A stretch of 64,000 nt of DNA from Pseudovirgaria hyperparasitica (taxonomy: Eukaryota): NCBI GenBank assembly GCA_010093815.1, contig ML996577.1; one strand, given 5' to 3'. Position 1 is the stretch's first letter. Every line of letters begins with the position of its first letter. The notes below the pieces were generated by a model that did no database searches, was not told where the DNA came from, and saw only the letters and a program-made list of their open reading frames with translations. The position numbers and the translations under genes were made by a program. Below are positions 23,963-35,555 of the stretch, in pieces.

Positions 23963-25280
23963 AATATCAAATTCCAAGATCGGGATGAGAACTTCGGATA
24001 GGTTCCCAGGATCGGGGCGGCTTTCCGGGCCTAAGGGCCCCACCACCCCACATATGTTACACATCTAGACAGGTTATCCATGTCGCGACACATCGCTCAA
24101 CAAAGCATATACCGGTGCTGTGGGACACTAGACAATAGTCGAAGCCAAATTCTACATCGTTCCGTCGACGACGATGATACCAAGTTCGCCATATTCGATC
24201 CTCCACTATTATACCGTCGTCTTCAATACTTCACGCGACGCTATACACTTAGTCGTTGTATACGAGGCATTGCCGCATTAGCACTACACGACTGAGTGAC
24301 ATGATGGATTGTCAGTCATGTTTCCAGGATGGCTATGCTATAATCCGGTACGGGAAATTTTCGCCTTGGCCTGGTGATATTTCAGAAGATCCTGTGGAGA
24401 GCACGCTTGGACTCGATGGCCAAGTTAGAGACATTAGGATCATCGCTCCTTTGGTCACGTCTTTGTCGTCCCTGTTGGCTTGGCATACAAAACGTTAGCC
24501 AGCACGCCTGCAGAATTTCAATGTTGATATTTGGATATACCAGATGGGTTGCGAGCTATACTCCAGCGGGAGCAATGCCGCAGCTTGAGCTGCTCGAATT
24601 TGTCATATCAGTCGTATATTCATCGGATCGTTTTTGGGATTTTACAAAACGAGATAACCAAAACTTGAGTGGAAGAAGACCTACGTGAAAAAGCCGGAGA
24701 ATTATCTGGTGTCCAGCGTCAAGAACAAAGACTTAATGGTACAGTGGTAGGTGTAATTGCATGACAATTGTCGGAGGATAGAGCATGTACCGTCTAGAAT
24801 ACGGGGACATCGATGTACTCTAAAGTCTATATGAGACCTTTCTTATCTATCGCGCGATTATACGGACATACGAACTCCACTGCCATGTCGTTTTCTTGCT
24901 CATAGAAGGATTTTCTGGGTGGACAAAGACACCAATGAGGCGATATCATGATGACCATAGATATAAGCTGACTGTATATGTCTCATCCTGCGTATAGCAC
25001 CATACCTGGCTGATGCGTGCTCTGCCTGAACAGCACAATGACGTCATCAGACCTTGGTACATTGCTTATATTCTCATCTTATTCTCCAAGGTATCAACCT
25101 TTGTGGTGCCCTTAAGCACTCTCTGCTCTACAAAGCTTAACCCAGAAGCCTCCCCGATCTTAATTATTATAGCCGTTTCTTTCGATTAATTGACTATATA
25201 CGCAAACAAATCCAACTGAATCGTAGACTGCAAAGTAGACTGCACAGTAGCACAATAGACTAAACAACCAGTAAGGAAGA

Positions 25281-26128
25281 ATGGCGGAAGACTTCCAAAG
25301 ACTGAGAAACAAAACTTTTCAATCCTTAGAAGGCAAAAATGCCATCGTCACCGGTGCCTCGCGTGGCATTGGCAAGGGCATCGCATACGATCTCGCATCA
25401 AGGGGCGCCAAGGTGAACAACCACTGCAAAAGTCCCTCCACCATCGTCTGAACGATCCTTGATACTTGGCACAGGTCCTCGTAACATACAACTCCGAAAG
25501 CAGCGCCTCGAAAGTCGAGCGATTTGCCACGGAAATCGGACCTCAGATTGACTCTGTCCAAGCCAATCTCTCCGACCACAAAGGCCCCGAAAAGGTCGTT
25601 GAAGCAGCTACAAATTTCTTTGGGGAAAAGTCTATCGACATCCTCGTCAACAACGCCGCATTCCTCAACAATGGTGCACTTGGTGAAATTACCCGCGATG
25701 ACTATGATGCCGTATTCAATGTCAATGTCGCAGGTACACTCTTTCTCACACAGGCTATCAGACCACATCTCCGTCCCGCGGCACGCATTATTAACATCTC
25801 GTCCGTTGGCGCACGTATGGCGAATGTGGGTATGTCGCTTTACACCGCGAGTAAAGCGGCGCTGAATGGACTGACGCGCGTATGGGCCTCAGAGCTGGGT
25901 CACGATGGGACGACGGTGAATGCAGTGTGTCCAGGGCCTGTGCAGTCTGATATGCTAGACCTGGTGCCTGCGGAGATCAAGGAGTTGCAACGGAAAGAGA
26001 CGCCCGTGGAGCAGCGGTTTGGAGAGGATAGGGATATTGCTGGTGTTGTTAGTTGGTTGGCGGAGGAAAGAAGTCGGTGGGTGACGGGCCAGGTTATCAG
26101 TGCGAGTGGTGGGTATGCGAAGTACTAG
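25281..26128 (+). CDS. Short-chain dehydrogenase/reductase
   Basis: TGASRGIG cofactor motif, intron about 25413-25474, DILVNNA, NISS, YTASK catalytic motif, VNAVCPG. Confidence 0.93.
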
Positions 26129-26748
26129 ACTAAGTGGTGTTGAAATTAGTTGTCAAATTCGTCATAGCCAGTCCATGAGTCACAGCTTCATAAGACTTAT
26201 GGGTCATCAGTCTGTTAGAGAGAATCCATTTGTTAACCAATCATAGGATATATTAGTCGTCTACTTTGTTCGATCGCTAGCCCTGACCTGCCGGGGTCCT
26301 ATCCCAACATATGCACTCGACCGGTCGGCGTATCAGGAGGCTAGGACTGCGTACATATCGTCTGAGACTGAAACGTTGTGACCTAACTCCTGCTGTAGAT
26401 CCTTGTGATTCATGGACTAGCAGATCAATCACTGTGAGCTGATGAATAGTCCTCAGTGTCAGAATGTTCACTTTTATGTTGACATGTCAGCTTTATAGCG
26501 CAGCTTAATTGCTAGATAGCACTACTTGATAAAGCATTGTACCTTTCTAAGTTGGATACCTAACTGTTCGCCTGGTGTCATCTATAATATACCTGTGACC
26601 TTCTCTTAGAACATACGAAGTCACGAAGAACAGTCAGACCCATTATGTACACGACAGGTACACCCGTGTATTACGCAGATCAAACAGCCGCGTCGACATA
26701 TACTACGGTTAATGCACTCCGCGAGTTATGTCTGTCTATATAACGAAC

Positions 26749-28662
26749 TTAAATCAGACTGATATTTTGAAGAGGCGCCCCTATCTTTCGAGCCATATCC
26801 GCTGTCAGGCGATATTCGTTCTCGTACATATTCCATTCTGCCTCTGTAAATTTCGAACGGTGTGGAAGGATCCTTGGGTCTAGTCTCTGGATATCCCCAG
26901 TTGTTGTGTTATAATATGCCTGTGTATATTCCTCCAAGGGTCGACTGGGGCTATACATCATCGCCTCATATCCAGAAGGTAGAGGTCCCAGAACTGCTTC
27001 GTCGTGTGCATGACCATCTAGATAGCATTCACCAACCAACTGATACACAGTACCATCTGGTCTTCTCACTGGTCTGAGTACGAAAGGGTTTGACCATCCA
27101 AGTAAAAGAAAGACGACATCGCCGGGTTTTGAGTTTTTAGGCCCAACTCCAAGCTGGTTGTGCTCGCTTAAGAAGAGCGCTCGCTCATGACACGGACGGT
27201 GAGTCTCACAAAAAGGAGAGCTAGGGCCAGTAGGAACTTCGATAGATAGACTTGATTGCTTCTGGACCAGTTGTTGTAGCTCCAGGATGCTTCGTTCGAA
27301 GCTTGCATGGCTAGGCTTGGGACTGGGCGAGTAATATTCGTCGAAGACACGGGCAAAAATAACTCGACAAAGCATCTCAAGGGATACTATTGAAGCGTTT
27401 CCGCTATCACCGAAGTATTCACGGAAACGCTCGAGATTTAGATAGCGTGACTCACCATGGCCATGACGTTGGACTGGCCAAGTGGTGCGGACAGAGCTGA
27501 TAGGCACCCCAGAAACCATCAGGACATTCATGTCTTTTGGGCTCATGCAAACTTCCGAAAAAAACGACCCGGGTATCCAACAGTTGAAGCGTTGTAGAGT
27601 GTTCGTGTTCTTCTTGATACGCCAGTCCCTGATCCAACTCGGCCATTCCTGCCGGCGTAAATGCGAGCCAGCGTAGGCGAGCATTTCCAGGTCATTATGC
27701 AGAAGGCGCAGAGTAGCGCTTCGGTAGACATCGAGCACAGATAGATTGTAATCTGTGACCATCGAACGAAGGCTCTCGTGAAACGATAATAGAGCGTATA
27801 TGCGGTCTCGTGGGTCCGAGCATTGAGCGTTTACACAGTCATTGAAGATCTTTGGTAATCTGTATTTCCTACCAGACCATAGATAATAGACCAGGGATAG
27901 CTTTCTGAACAGTTCATTTGCGCGGAAATAGTGATCGTTGGGATCTTGCATCTTATCGACGATAGAACGAATCCCCATCCCGAAATACCACCAGCTGATC
28001 TGATTTGAACCGCACACGACGACACCCCTCTTGCATTTATCGTGCGTTCCAATCGAGAGGGCTTCCTGTCTTATCCAAAGGCGCGTGAACCATGTGCGGC
28101 TGAGCAATAACTCTAATGAATGACTATTCGATGAGCTGAGTAACATAGTAGACATAGGGTTATCAAGAGATCCTTGCCCTGGTAAAGACATTCCTTCGTT
28201 TTCTCCAATCGCGTTCAAGATTCTCAGTACATGCGCACTATCGTCTGCTTCCTCGCCTAGCCATATCACAATCTTTGATGCTGCTTTGTAAATTTCAGCC
28301 ATATAAGCCACTTGTTTGTTTCGCTCGGGTACATCGTCCTGATTAACACATATAGCATCGATCCACAACGTCCGGGATTTGGTACCTAGCCTGAGATGAT
28401 GCAGGGCCGACTTAAGATTCGGTGTCACAGATAGGTTGCAGAACCTCTTACATTCCGATACCTCTTGGACTTGTATGGTTCTTAGATCATCTTTCATGCC
28501 CCATGCATACGATAGAGCCTCATATGGAGGAATTCCGTCCGATTTCAGGAGGTAAGTGTGCAATATGACGCGAATGGGATCATTCTTCCTTCCCGGTAAA
28601 AGATCGAGTAGCCTAATCTCTTTGCGCGTCGCATCTAGGGGAATATAAGTGTAGGTTGACAT
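26749..28662 (-). CDS. HET-domain protein (HET-6-like), intronless
   Basis: EIRLLDL, YEALSYAWG, LWIDAICVNQDD..ER..QV..M..IY, WFTRLWIRQE, DPRDRIYALL, PSW..DW, YQLVGECYLDG. Confidence 0.93.
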   Translation of the reverse strand: MSTYTYIPLDATRKEIRLLDLLPGRKNDPIRVILHTYLLKSDGIPPYEALSYAWGMKDDLRTIQVQEVSECKRFCNLSVTPNLKSALHHLRLGTKSRTLWIDAICVNQDDVPERNKQVAYMAEIYKAASKIVIWLGEEADDSAHVLRILNAIGENEGMSLPGQGSLDNPMSTMLLSSSNSHSLELLLSRTWFTRLWIRQEALSIGTHDKCKRGVVVCGSNQISWWYFGMGIRSIVDKMQDPNDHYFRANELFRKLSLVYYLWSGRKYRLPKIFNDCVNAQCSDPRDRIYALLSFHESLRSMVTDYNLSVLDVYRSATLRLLHNDLEMLAYAGSHLRRQEWPSWIRDWRIKKNTNTLQRFNCWIPGSFFSEVCMSPKDMNVLMVSGVPISSVRTTWPVQRHGHGESRYLNLERFREYFGDSGNASIVSLEMLCRVIFARVFDEYYSPSPKPSHASFERSILELQQLVQKQSSLSIEVPTGPSSPFCETHRPCHERALFLSEHNQLGVGPKNSKPGDVVFLLLGWSNPFVLRPVRRPDGTVYQLVGECYLDGHAHDEAVLGPLPSGYEAMMYSPSRPLEEYTQAYYNTTTGDIQRLDPRILPHRSKFTEAEWNMYENEYRLTADMARKIGAPLQNISLI

Positions 28663-28914
28663 TCCTGCGCCTTGCAGCAGTGAAAGTTCAAGAAGTCCTG
28701 AAGTCGCAGAGTAAGGGCATTAGAGTTCAGAAATCGCGATCAGACTTGGATTCGAAATTCTAGATAGCCTCGAATTATATTAATGATGTCTTGCCGTGCA
28801 CCGCCCATGTATGCATGCACTGCGCCACCACATCCGCAGCTTCCCCACCTAGCAGTCTGAAAGCGGCTTTCTCTACTTCGGCTTCGACATTGCTCAGAGA
28901 AAGAGACACAACAC

Positions 28915-31353
28915 TCATGATAACAATGCAAACATGAGATACGTCCTCTTCCAATACTCGGTCGCATTCCTAGCGATCTGGTCGAACATGGCCTTACTGA
29001 TGCCTTGTTGATCCATGTCCGCAGCACCTAGCAAAGCCGTCGAATTGTGACTGGAGAGAGCCTGGCTCAAATAACAGCTATCGAAGATCAGCTGTAAAAG
29101 TTTGTTTGTCATGCGAGTCTTTTTATCCTCAAGACTCGCATGAGATGCTTCGTCGATACTAGGTTGCAGATCGTCCTCACTGGAATCTGCTTTCAATTTC
29201 TCCGATTCACTTTCGAAGATAACCTGTCGTGCACAACGTTTCAACGCCTCTACAGCACTCTGATTCGAAGCCTCTTTTAATACTTTGACTGCCTCTGGCG
29301 ACCAAATATCAGGGCCAATGATGGTCATGCTCGATGATAATGCATGTAGGAACTTGTATGTGGCTGGGGAGGGGAACGATGGTAGCGCTGGGTTCCCTTC
29401 CCATAACTGACGGCCAGAAATAACTTTACGGCGAACAAATCTGTTAAGCAGCACCTTGTAGATATCTTGTGGTTTTACAATGACCGATGCCGCGACAGTC
29501 TGATGGAGAAGCTGTAAGGCCTTTTCTGGAACCAGATGCGACTCGTGATGCGTGCTTGCAGCAGATTTGGGCAGACGTTGACTAACCTCCCGCAGAGTCC
29601 GCAACACGAAGATAGTCTGCCCAACCCTACTTTCAGTGTCCTCATGAGCAACTATGCGCTCTGCAATGCTCTCGAGGTCTCTCCGTATTTGAGACAGAGC
29701 TTGTTCTGAGCTCTCGTACAACGCTTCTTCGATGCTCCGGGGATCATCCTGGCTGAGGAGTGTCTGTTTCGAATCTAGTTCCATTTCATCGTCATCATCG
29801 TCATCAAAGTCATCATCCCATCTCAAGTCTCTCATCTCCCTAATGACACGACGTACGTTGGCAACAGAGTCTGCCCATGCGTCGTATGTGGCAATTATCT
29901 GCTCTACTGGCTGGCTGCGGCCACGGCCTCTCTCGATCACAGATTTCTTGAAGCCTTCGGCTCCATCGCTTAGGTCGATGTAGTCAATTCCAAGACTCCA
30001 AAGCGGCGCGGTCTTGACAACATCCCCATTCCAATGTTCTAGATAGTCACCGATTGCATCAGTGACAGAGCTCAGCTTCAAGACGTCGCGCTGGGCGATC
30101 AACTTGGTGTGCTTGTTCAACACGTCTCGTAGATGATCAAGCACACGTTGTGGGTCGAGCCCAGGCGCACGTCTGCTCGCAGGGAACCACGTCTCAAGAA
30201 TGTCTTGTCTGAGTTTGACGACTTTACGTAGGTCGGAAATCTTAGAAAGAACCTTGTCTAACCCAGTGACAAAAGCTTTCATGGCTTGGCGAGCCCACTC
30301 TTTCGTCAGTCGTTCTACGTCAATTCCATTCAACTCGTCATGTCGAGACCATGGTGTGTAGTTGCGGACTTCATCTGCTAACCATCTTTGATGTATGGGC
30401 AAATTCAGCTCTGTCACGGCCTGCACATCTGACGCCTGTATCAGCGGACGTGCTTTGAGCTTTAACAATGCCTGCGATATCTGCCGGGGAAATATTGCCC
30501 GTGTTTCATGAAGTGTTGTTACACAAATATTCAGAGCTTTGAGTATATGATCTTGGATATCTGTTTTGTGATCGAACTGCCCATTGAGCGATTCTAGACG
30601 TACCTGGTGAAATCTATTCAGGACATTTGTGGGCGTGGATGAAGTTGCGAGGGAGTAAGCACATAAGTTATCAATCAATGCTTCAGTTTCCAATGTTGGA
30701 TCAGAACATTGCTTGCTGATACGACTAATGAGCCTGCCGCGCAAATAGCCTAGTCGTTCCTTGGCTCGTTCACTTAGCGGAGAAGTGCTCGACGACTGAG
30801 TAAGGGCTTTGTGTAGAAGTCGTGAGAGTACGAGGATCTTCGATGCGAGGAGGAGCGAACCTCCCTGCTTGAGTTGTCTAGCGATGACAGTAGGGCACGC
30901 TTGTAGCATAGCCAGCTGCGAGGCAAATGCATTCTGGTGTTCTCCTATAGACATATTAGACGCTGACACCAAGTATTACTTAGATGTGATGTACTTTGCG
31001 TTCTCCAATGTTGATCGATCATGGCGTAGTTACTGGTGACCTTTTCCAGCAAACCAGAACTGCAATGAGTACCTATCTGAGCAAGGGCGTTTTCTACCTG
31101 TCCCATGGTCTGATCCATGTCGACAATACGTTCTGCCGTACCTAGAAGATCCCGATAGCTCGCTCTGCCCCTGATCAGCAATAGGACGCAATGTACATTA
31201 TGCGACAGACCCCACTAGAGACCGCAATCGTTCTCGATTGTCGTTTGCACTGGATCTCAGCTGAGCTTCCAGCTTACGAACGACTGGAACTGGGTATTCG
31301 AAAGCATCTTCCCAGCTCTTGAACGTGCGCGGATCAGGTGCTTCAGTAGCCAT
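28915..31353 (-). CDS. COG1: Conserved oligomeric Golgi complex subunit 1 (Vps51/COG1 family)
   Basis: Exon 1 MATEAPDPRTFKSWEDAF...RLRSLVG, exon 2 ASYRDLLGTAERI (Vps51-type N-terminus), long helical exon ending YWKRTYLMFALLS. Confidence 0.8.
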
Positions 31354-31767
31354 GGTAACCCTCAATACGCAGCAGATGTATAGGTAGAAGCTGGCCTGTG
31401 AGACTTCAAACTATGTTTCACCGTGAAAGAGTCATTCTTCCGCAGTCAGCGCAATGCCCAAGTGATATCTTCGCCTGACTTCCGAAGGAGCTTGGCGTCT
31501 CGAGCTATATGGTGAGCACGATAGAGTGGATGTTGAATTCTCGTGGCCAGTTTCTAGTGGCGCGACTGCGGGAAACATCAACCAATCAGAGCGAGTGCAG
31601 CCAACAGTCTGAAACCACGTCTTATGACTACGACTTCCTGATCAACATCCCAAACAACAACATCACTTCAGCAAGCCGTCATACTTTTCCTGGTCCTCGA
31701 CCTAATAACTTCTCTTCTGCTCTGTGCATATTTTCGTTTCTTTTGAACAAATTCACCTTCCTCTTCA

Positions 31768-32973
31768 ATGTCGCACACAATCTTGCAGTCTCCACTGCTC
31801 AGTTTACCACTCGAGCTCCGGCTAGCTATTTACGATTATGCCCTTTCGGCGCCTACTGCCATCAGTATTACAACCACGATCGTCGACGATACCGATGCAC
31901 AAGTCGTTGCTGAACAGAAGGAGTCGATACCTGGTCTTCCAAGAAATCATGTACCACATCTCTGTTATTACACCGATGCAGCTTCAACCCGCACCGTCTC
32001 CACCCTCGAGCCCGACAATAGTAAAACACCTCCTGGTCTGTCCCAATCGAAGCATCATATAGACCACAGCAGCGACAGCGATGAAGGTCCTCGACCTAGA
32101 AAACGTGCGAGACGCGCCCCTCCAGGAACTGGGCAAGATGAGACACAAACTCCATACCTGCCGTACCTAGCATTTGGTCTATTTCAAGTCAATCGCCAGA
32201 TCAATCAAGAATTGACGCGCCACTTAACAAAACGGCGCATACAGGATGTGGCCACATCATTCTCATTCTCTCACAGTGCTGATGCAGCGTCTCACTCTGC
32301 AGCCTCAGAGTCTCAACGATCAGCATCTACAGGCACCACAGACGAATCACCTACCTCGAGTCGTTGCTCCTCTCCAGACAGCAGATCATCATACTCCTAC
32401 GAATCCCCAATCGTCTCCTCTGATACTGGTATCCGTCTTCATGTCACCTATCCATACGGTATACTCATTCTTAAGCACAAATATCCCGACCTTATAACAC
32501 AAGCAAGGGAGATATCAATCACGGGCTACCACGTCACCCACGCAATCCAGGCGACTACAAGGCCTACATCGAGTTGCCCCCGATCCATCATACGGCCTCC
32601 GATGAGCAAAGAGACCTGGGACGCAGCGAAAACTGCATTAGCCGAGATCACGCGCAAGGTGCTCAGCCCAAAACCGTCGCCGTTACTAAAGACTTTGAAC
32701 TTACGTTTCTTGATACCGGGCGAGAGCTCCTACCGAGAGATGTGGGAGGACGGATCTCCGGTCGGGATTGTGCTATATAACACATGTGGTGGGAATATTA
32801 ATATGATGATCAGCAGGGGATCAATCGGGAGCGCGTTGATCATGAGTGTCCGTCCGCTTCCAAGAAGTCGAAGTTTATCAAGTAGGCATGGGTCGTTCAA
32901 TCCAGATGATGATTGGACGAAACTTGATTCCCCGGCAAGATTTGAAGAGCAATCTTTGGCGTTTTCGATATGA
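31768..32973 (+). CDS. Hypothetical protein with F-box-like N-terminus
   Basis: 401-aa ORF beginning SPLLSLPLELRLAIYDYAL (F-box-like), with a later LFQVNRQINQE motif seen in such fungal proteins. Confidence 0.65.
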   Translation: MSHTILQSPLLSLPLELRLAIYDYALSAPTAISITTTIVDDTDAQVVAEQKESIPGLPRNHVPHLCYYTDAASTRTVSTLEPDNSKTPPGLSQSKHHIDHSSDSDEGPRPRKRARRAPPGTGQDETQTPYLPYLAFGLFQVNRQINQELTRHLTKRRIQDVATSFSFSHSADAASHSAASESQRSASTGTTDESPTSSRCSSPDSRSSYSYESPIVSSDTGIRLHVTYPYGILILKHKYPDLITQAREISITGYHVTHAIQATTRPTSSCPRSIIRPPMSKETWDAAKTALAEITRKVLSPKPSPLLKTLNLRFLIPGESSYREMWEDGSPVGIVLYNTCGGNINMMISRGSIGSALIMSVRPLPRSRSLSSRHGSFNPDDDWTKLDSPARFEEQSLAFSI

Positions 32974-33090
32974 GGATACCTTTCATAGTTGAAAGAGCGT
33001 CACACGGGACATGCGCCACTCAGTGCTGGACGGTAACCGGTACTTCCACGACACGTACGATGTTTTATTAATCATACATAGAGTGAACAA

Positions 33091-34359
33091 TCAGGTCATG
33101 AATTTCCTTGGATCCAAACTCTCTATATGCGCACTCTTCGCCTTTCCTTCCCACACGATCTCACTAATTAGCATCCCTGTCGCCGGCGCATTCTGTATAC
33201 CCCAACACGTATGTCCTGCCGCAATGAGTAAACCCTTCGTACCGGTCTCTCCAATCAATGGTCCTCCACCTCCTCTGACATTTGGTAAATAACAAGCCTG
33301 CTTTACCAGCGTCTCCCCGCACCTAAGCTCGTCACTTATACTCCCTACCTGCTTCACAATCTCCATGCACCGTTCGTCATTAATATGCACCAAGTCACTC
33401 GTTGTCGGCAACGCAACGTCCTCGTCTCCCTCGCCACACGCATACACCTCGTTATTCGGCCGCGCATATATCTCCGGCGTCGCCATCATACCGCCTCTGA
33501 TTTGCGTGAACAGACAAAACGCACTTACAGGTCGACTAGGCCGTATCGTTACGCTGTGCGCTCGCATCGCAGATATCGGGACGCTGGGAAGTATCGTATG
33601 TGTCCAAGGACCTGCAGCAAGAATCGCTATACTTGCGGGTATTTTATATTCGTTCTTGTCGTCTTTGGAGGTATACGTCACGCTCTCCACGGCATCGGAT
33701 GAGTCCTTATTTATATGTGTGGCCGCGCCATACACAATCTTTACCCCAGATTCCTGCGCGAGAGCCGCCATGCTCGTCGTGAATTGGTATGGATGGACTT
33801 GTGCTGTCGTATCCGGCGTGCCCATCTCATCATACGCGCGCAGGATATCAGCGTGTATCCAGTCCAATTCGCCAGGCACGCCTTTGCGCCTCAGTGTGCG
33901 GCGGGACTCGGTGTCGCGCTTCTGCAAACTGAGATCTTCCGACTCCTTTGTTTCTTTCCTTTTCGATGTGGACTTTGTGTCGAACTCGACCTGTCCGCAA
34001 TGTACCCCGCGGTAGCCCCATCTATCCTTGCCGTTGTGCTTCTCGGCGAGCTCTTTGTGCAGGCGGTAGCTGAGTGGGACGATGCACGAGGGGTAGGCCC
34101 ATAAAGCTAGCAATCCGCCGGCTTTCCCAGAGGCTCCACCTGCGATAGCGGTGGGTTCGAGGAGTGTTATCGAGTGCTTTGACGGATCGAAGGAAGGGTG
34201 CGACGAGAGGAAGTATGCAGAGGTACAGCCGATGATGCCGCCGCCGATTATGACAATATTCTGTTTTGATTCGGACATTGTTGTGGAGAGATATCTACCG
34301 CATGGAAGGAGAGTGCGTGGGAAGGCGTTTGTGAGGACAAAGGGTCTAAGAAGGGTCAT
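33091..34359 (-). CDS. FAD-dependent oxidoreductase, DAO family (Tda3/Btn3-like)
   Basis: IVIIGGGIIG Rossmann motif, GGASGKAGGLLA, AQVHPYQFT, QACYLP, GHTCWGIQNAPATG. Second in-frame ATG (MSESKQ) near 34278. Confidence 0.9.
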   Translation of the reverse strand: MTLLRPFVLTNAFPRTLLPCGRYLSTTMSESKQNIVIIGGGIIGCTSAYFLSSHPSFDPSKHSITLLEPTAIAGGASGKAGGLLALWAYPSCIVPLSYRLHKELAEKHNGKDRWGYRGVHCGQVEFDTKSTSKRKETKESEDLSLQKRDTESRRTLRRKGVPGELDWIHADILRAYDEMGTPDTTAQVHPYQFTTSMAALAQESGVKIVYGAATHINKDSSDAVESVTYTSKDDKNEYKIPASIAILAAGPWTHTILPSVPISAMRAHSVTIRPSRPVSAFCLFTQIRGGMMATPEIYARPNNEVYACGEGDEDVALPTTSDLVHINDERCMEIVKQVGSISDELRCGETLVKQACYLPNVRGGGGPLIGETGTKGLLIAAGHTCWGIQNAPATGMLISEIVWEGKAKSAHIESLDPRKFMT

Positions 34360-35555
34360 GCCATTTGAGTGGCGATGGGAATTAGCATGGAGAATTGCCT
34401 ATGTGACATATGTGTATGTTCGTGGGCTTATCGATAGCTAGCCATACCAAAGTCTTGGCGGTGTCATCATTGACTGGATACATTGCCGTGCTCGAATTGC
34501 AATTCCATTCTGAAATGTTGTCTTTTGATGTTCGAATCACACCTATGATTGAATTGCGAAGTTTCGGAGAGACTGTTGAGCCGATGCCAGTTCTACTTCT
34601 CATACACTGGGGCCAACAGCATTCGAGGCCAATTCGATGCAATACAAGAACTGTTTATTGCTACATGCACAGACGTGCCACGGCCGTCGTGGGAAGATCA
34701 TACCCGGGCATTGCATGAATTCTACCGTATTCTAGGCCTGTCTTCTGCAGTGTATGTTTTATTCTTTCTGCAAGTTCAGTCAGTGCAGAGAGCTATGTGG
34801 CGCCACAAACATTCTAGGCCGCGAACAGACCCTGAGACAGACGAGGTATATGAGAGACATCGCGTAGACTGTTCGACAACGATCATTAACGAGACAATAG
34901 CGTCAAAGACAAAATTACGAGGCTTTATCATCGGACCTGGACTCCGAAGTCTTTTGACAAACTGGGTCAGTTGAGCCCGCTCTCTTCTATCTGATCCGGT
35001 TAGCGCCGGTAAAATAACTGGAGACTAGTAGAACTACCCGCCGCCCGGAGCGATTCTTCAGAGCATTTTTCCTGGCTTCCCATAATACGACCGTTTCTGG
35101 CGCCCCAGGTGATGCACCCATATCGAATGGTTAATGAGCTTTACTTCACTCGAAATGGAGAAGCTTAGCGGTTTGAGTGGGTTTGTAATGGTCTAGGCTA
35201 GGCTACTCCTTGCCTACCTGATACCGAAACACAAAATGGGTATGGATAGCTGCAGAGGAGATCGTATTACTCTACCTACAGACGGACATCTCTCATGGCT
35301 TCATTGTAGGATGTGATAGAGGTTGAATGAGGCACAGTATCACCTCGTCTACTATGAGCCACACAGGAACCACCGAAGAGCCACATGCGGATAACAGGAA
35401 GAGCTGAGAGATGCATCCAAAGTATAAAATGAGACATCTGGCCACGAGTGAACAGCATCAGAGCTCGAGTCTTCTACACTTCCATCCGACTTTCCAACAG
35501 CACACAAAGTCCATCAAACAAATTTCCATCTTTCTACAAGCATCTTCCATACATC

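Noticed and set aside
24080..24688. Short ORFs between the Pth11-like gene and the SDR
   Set aside because: No recognisable homology; a gene relic cannot be supported by eye.
25223..25250. GTAGACTGCA duplicated in the SDR 5' leader
   Set aside because: Two short copies only, likely slippage; not a CRISPR-like or functional array.
34410..34974. ORFs upstream of the Tda3-like gene
   Set aside because: Non-ATG starts and no protein-like features.
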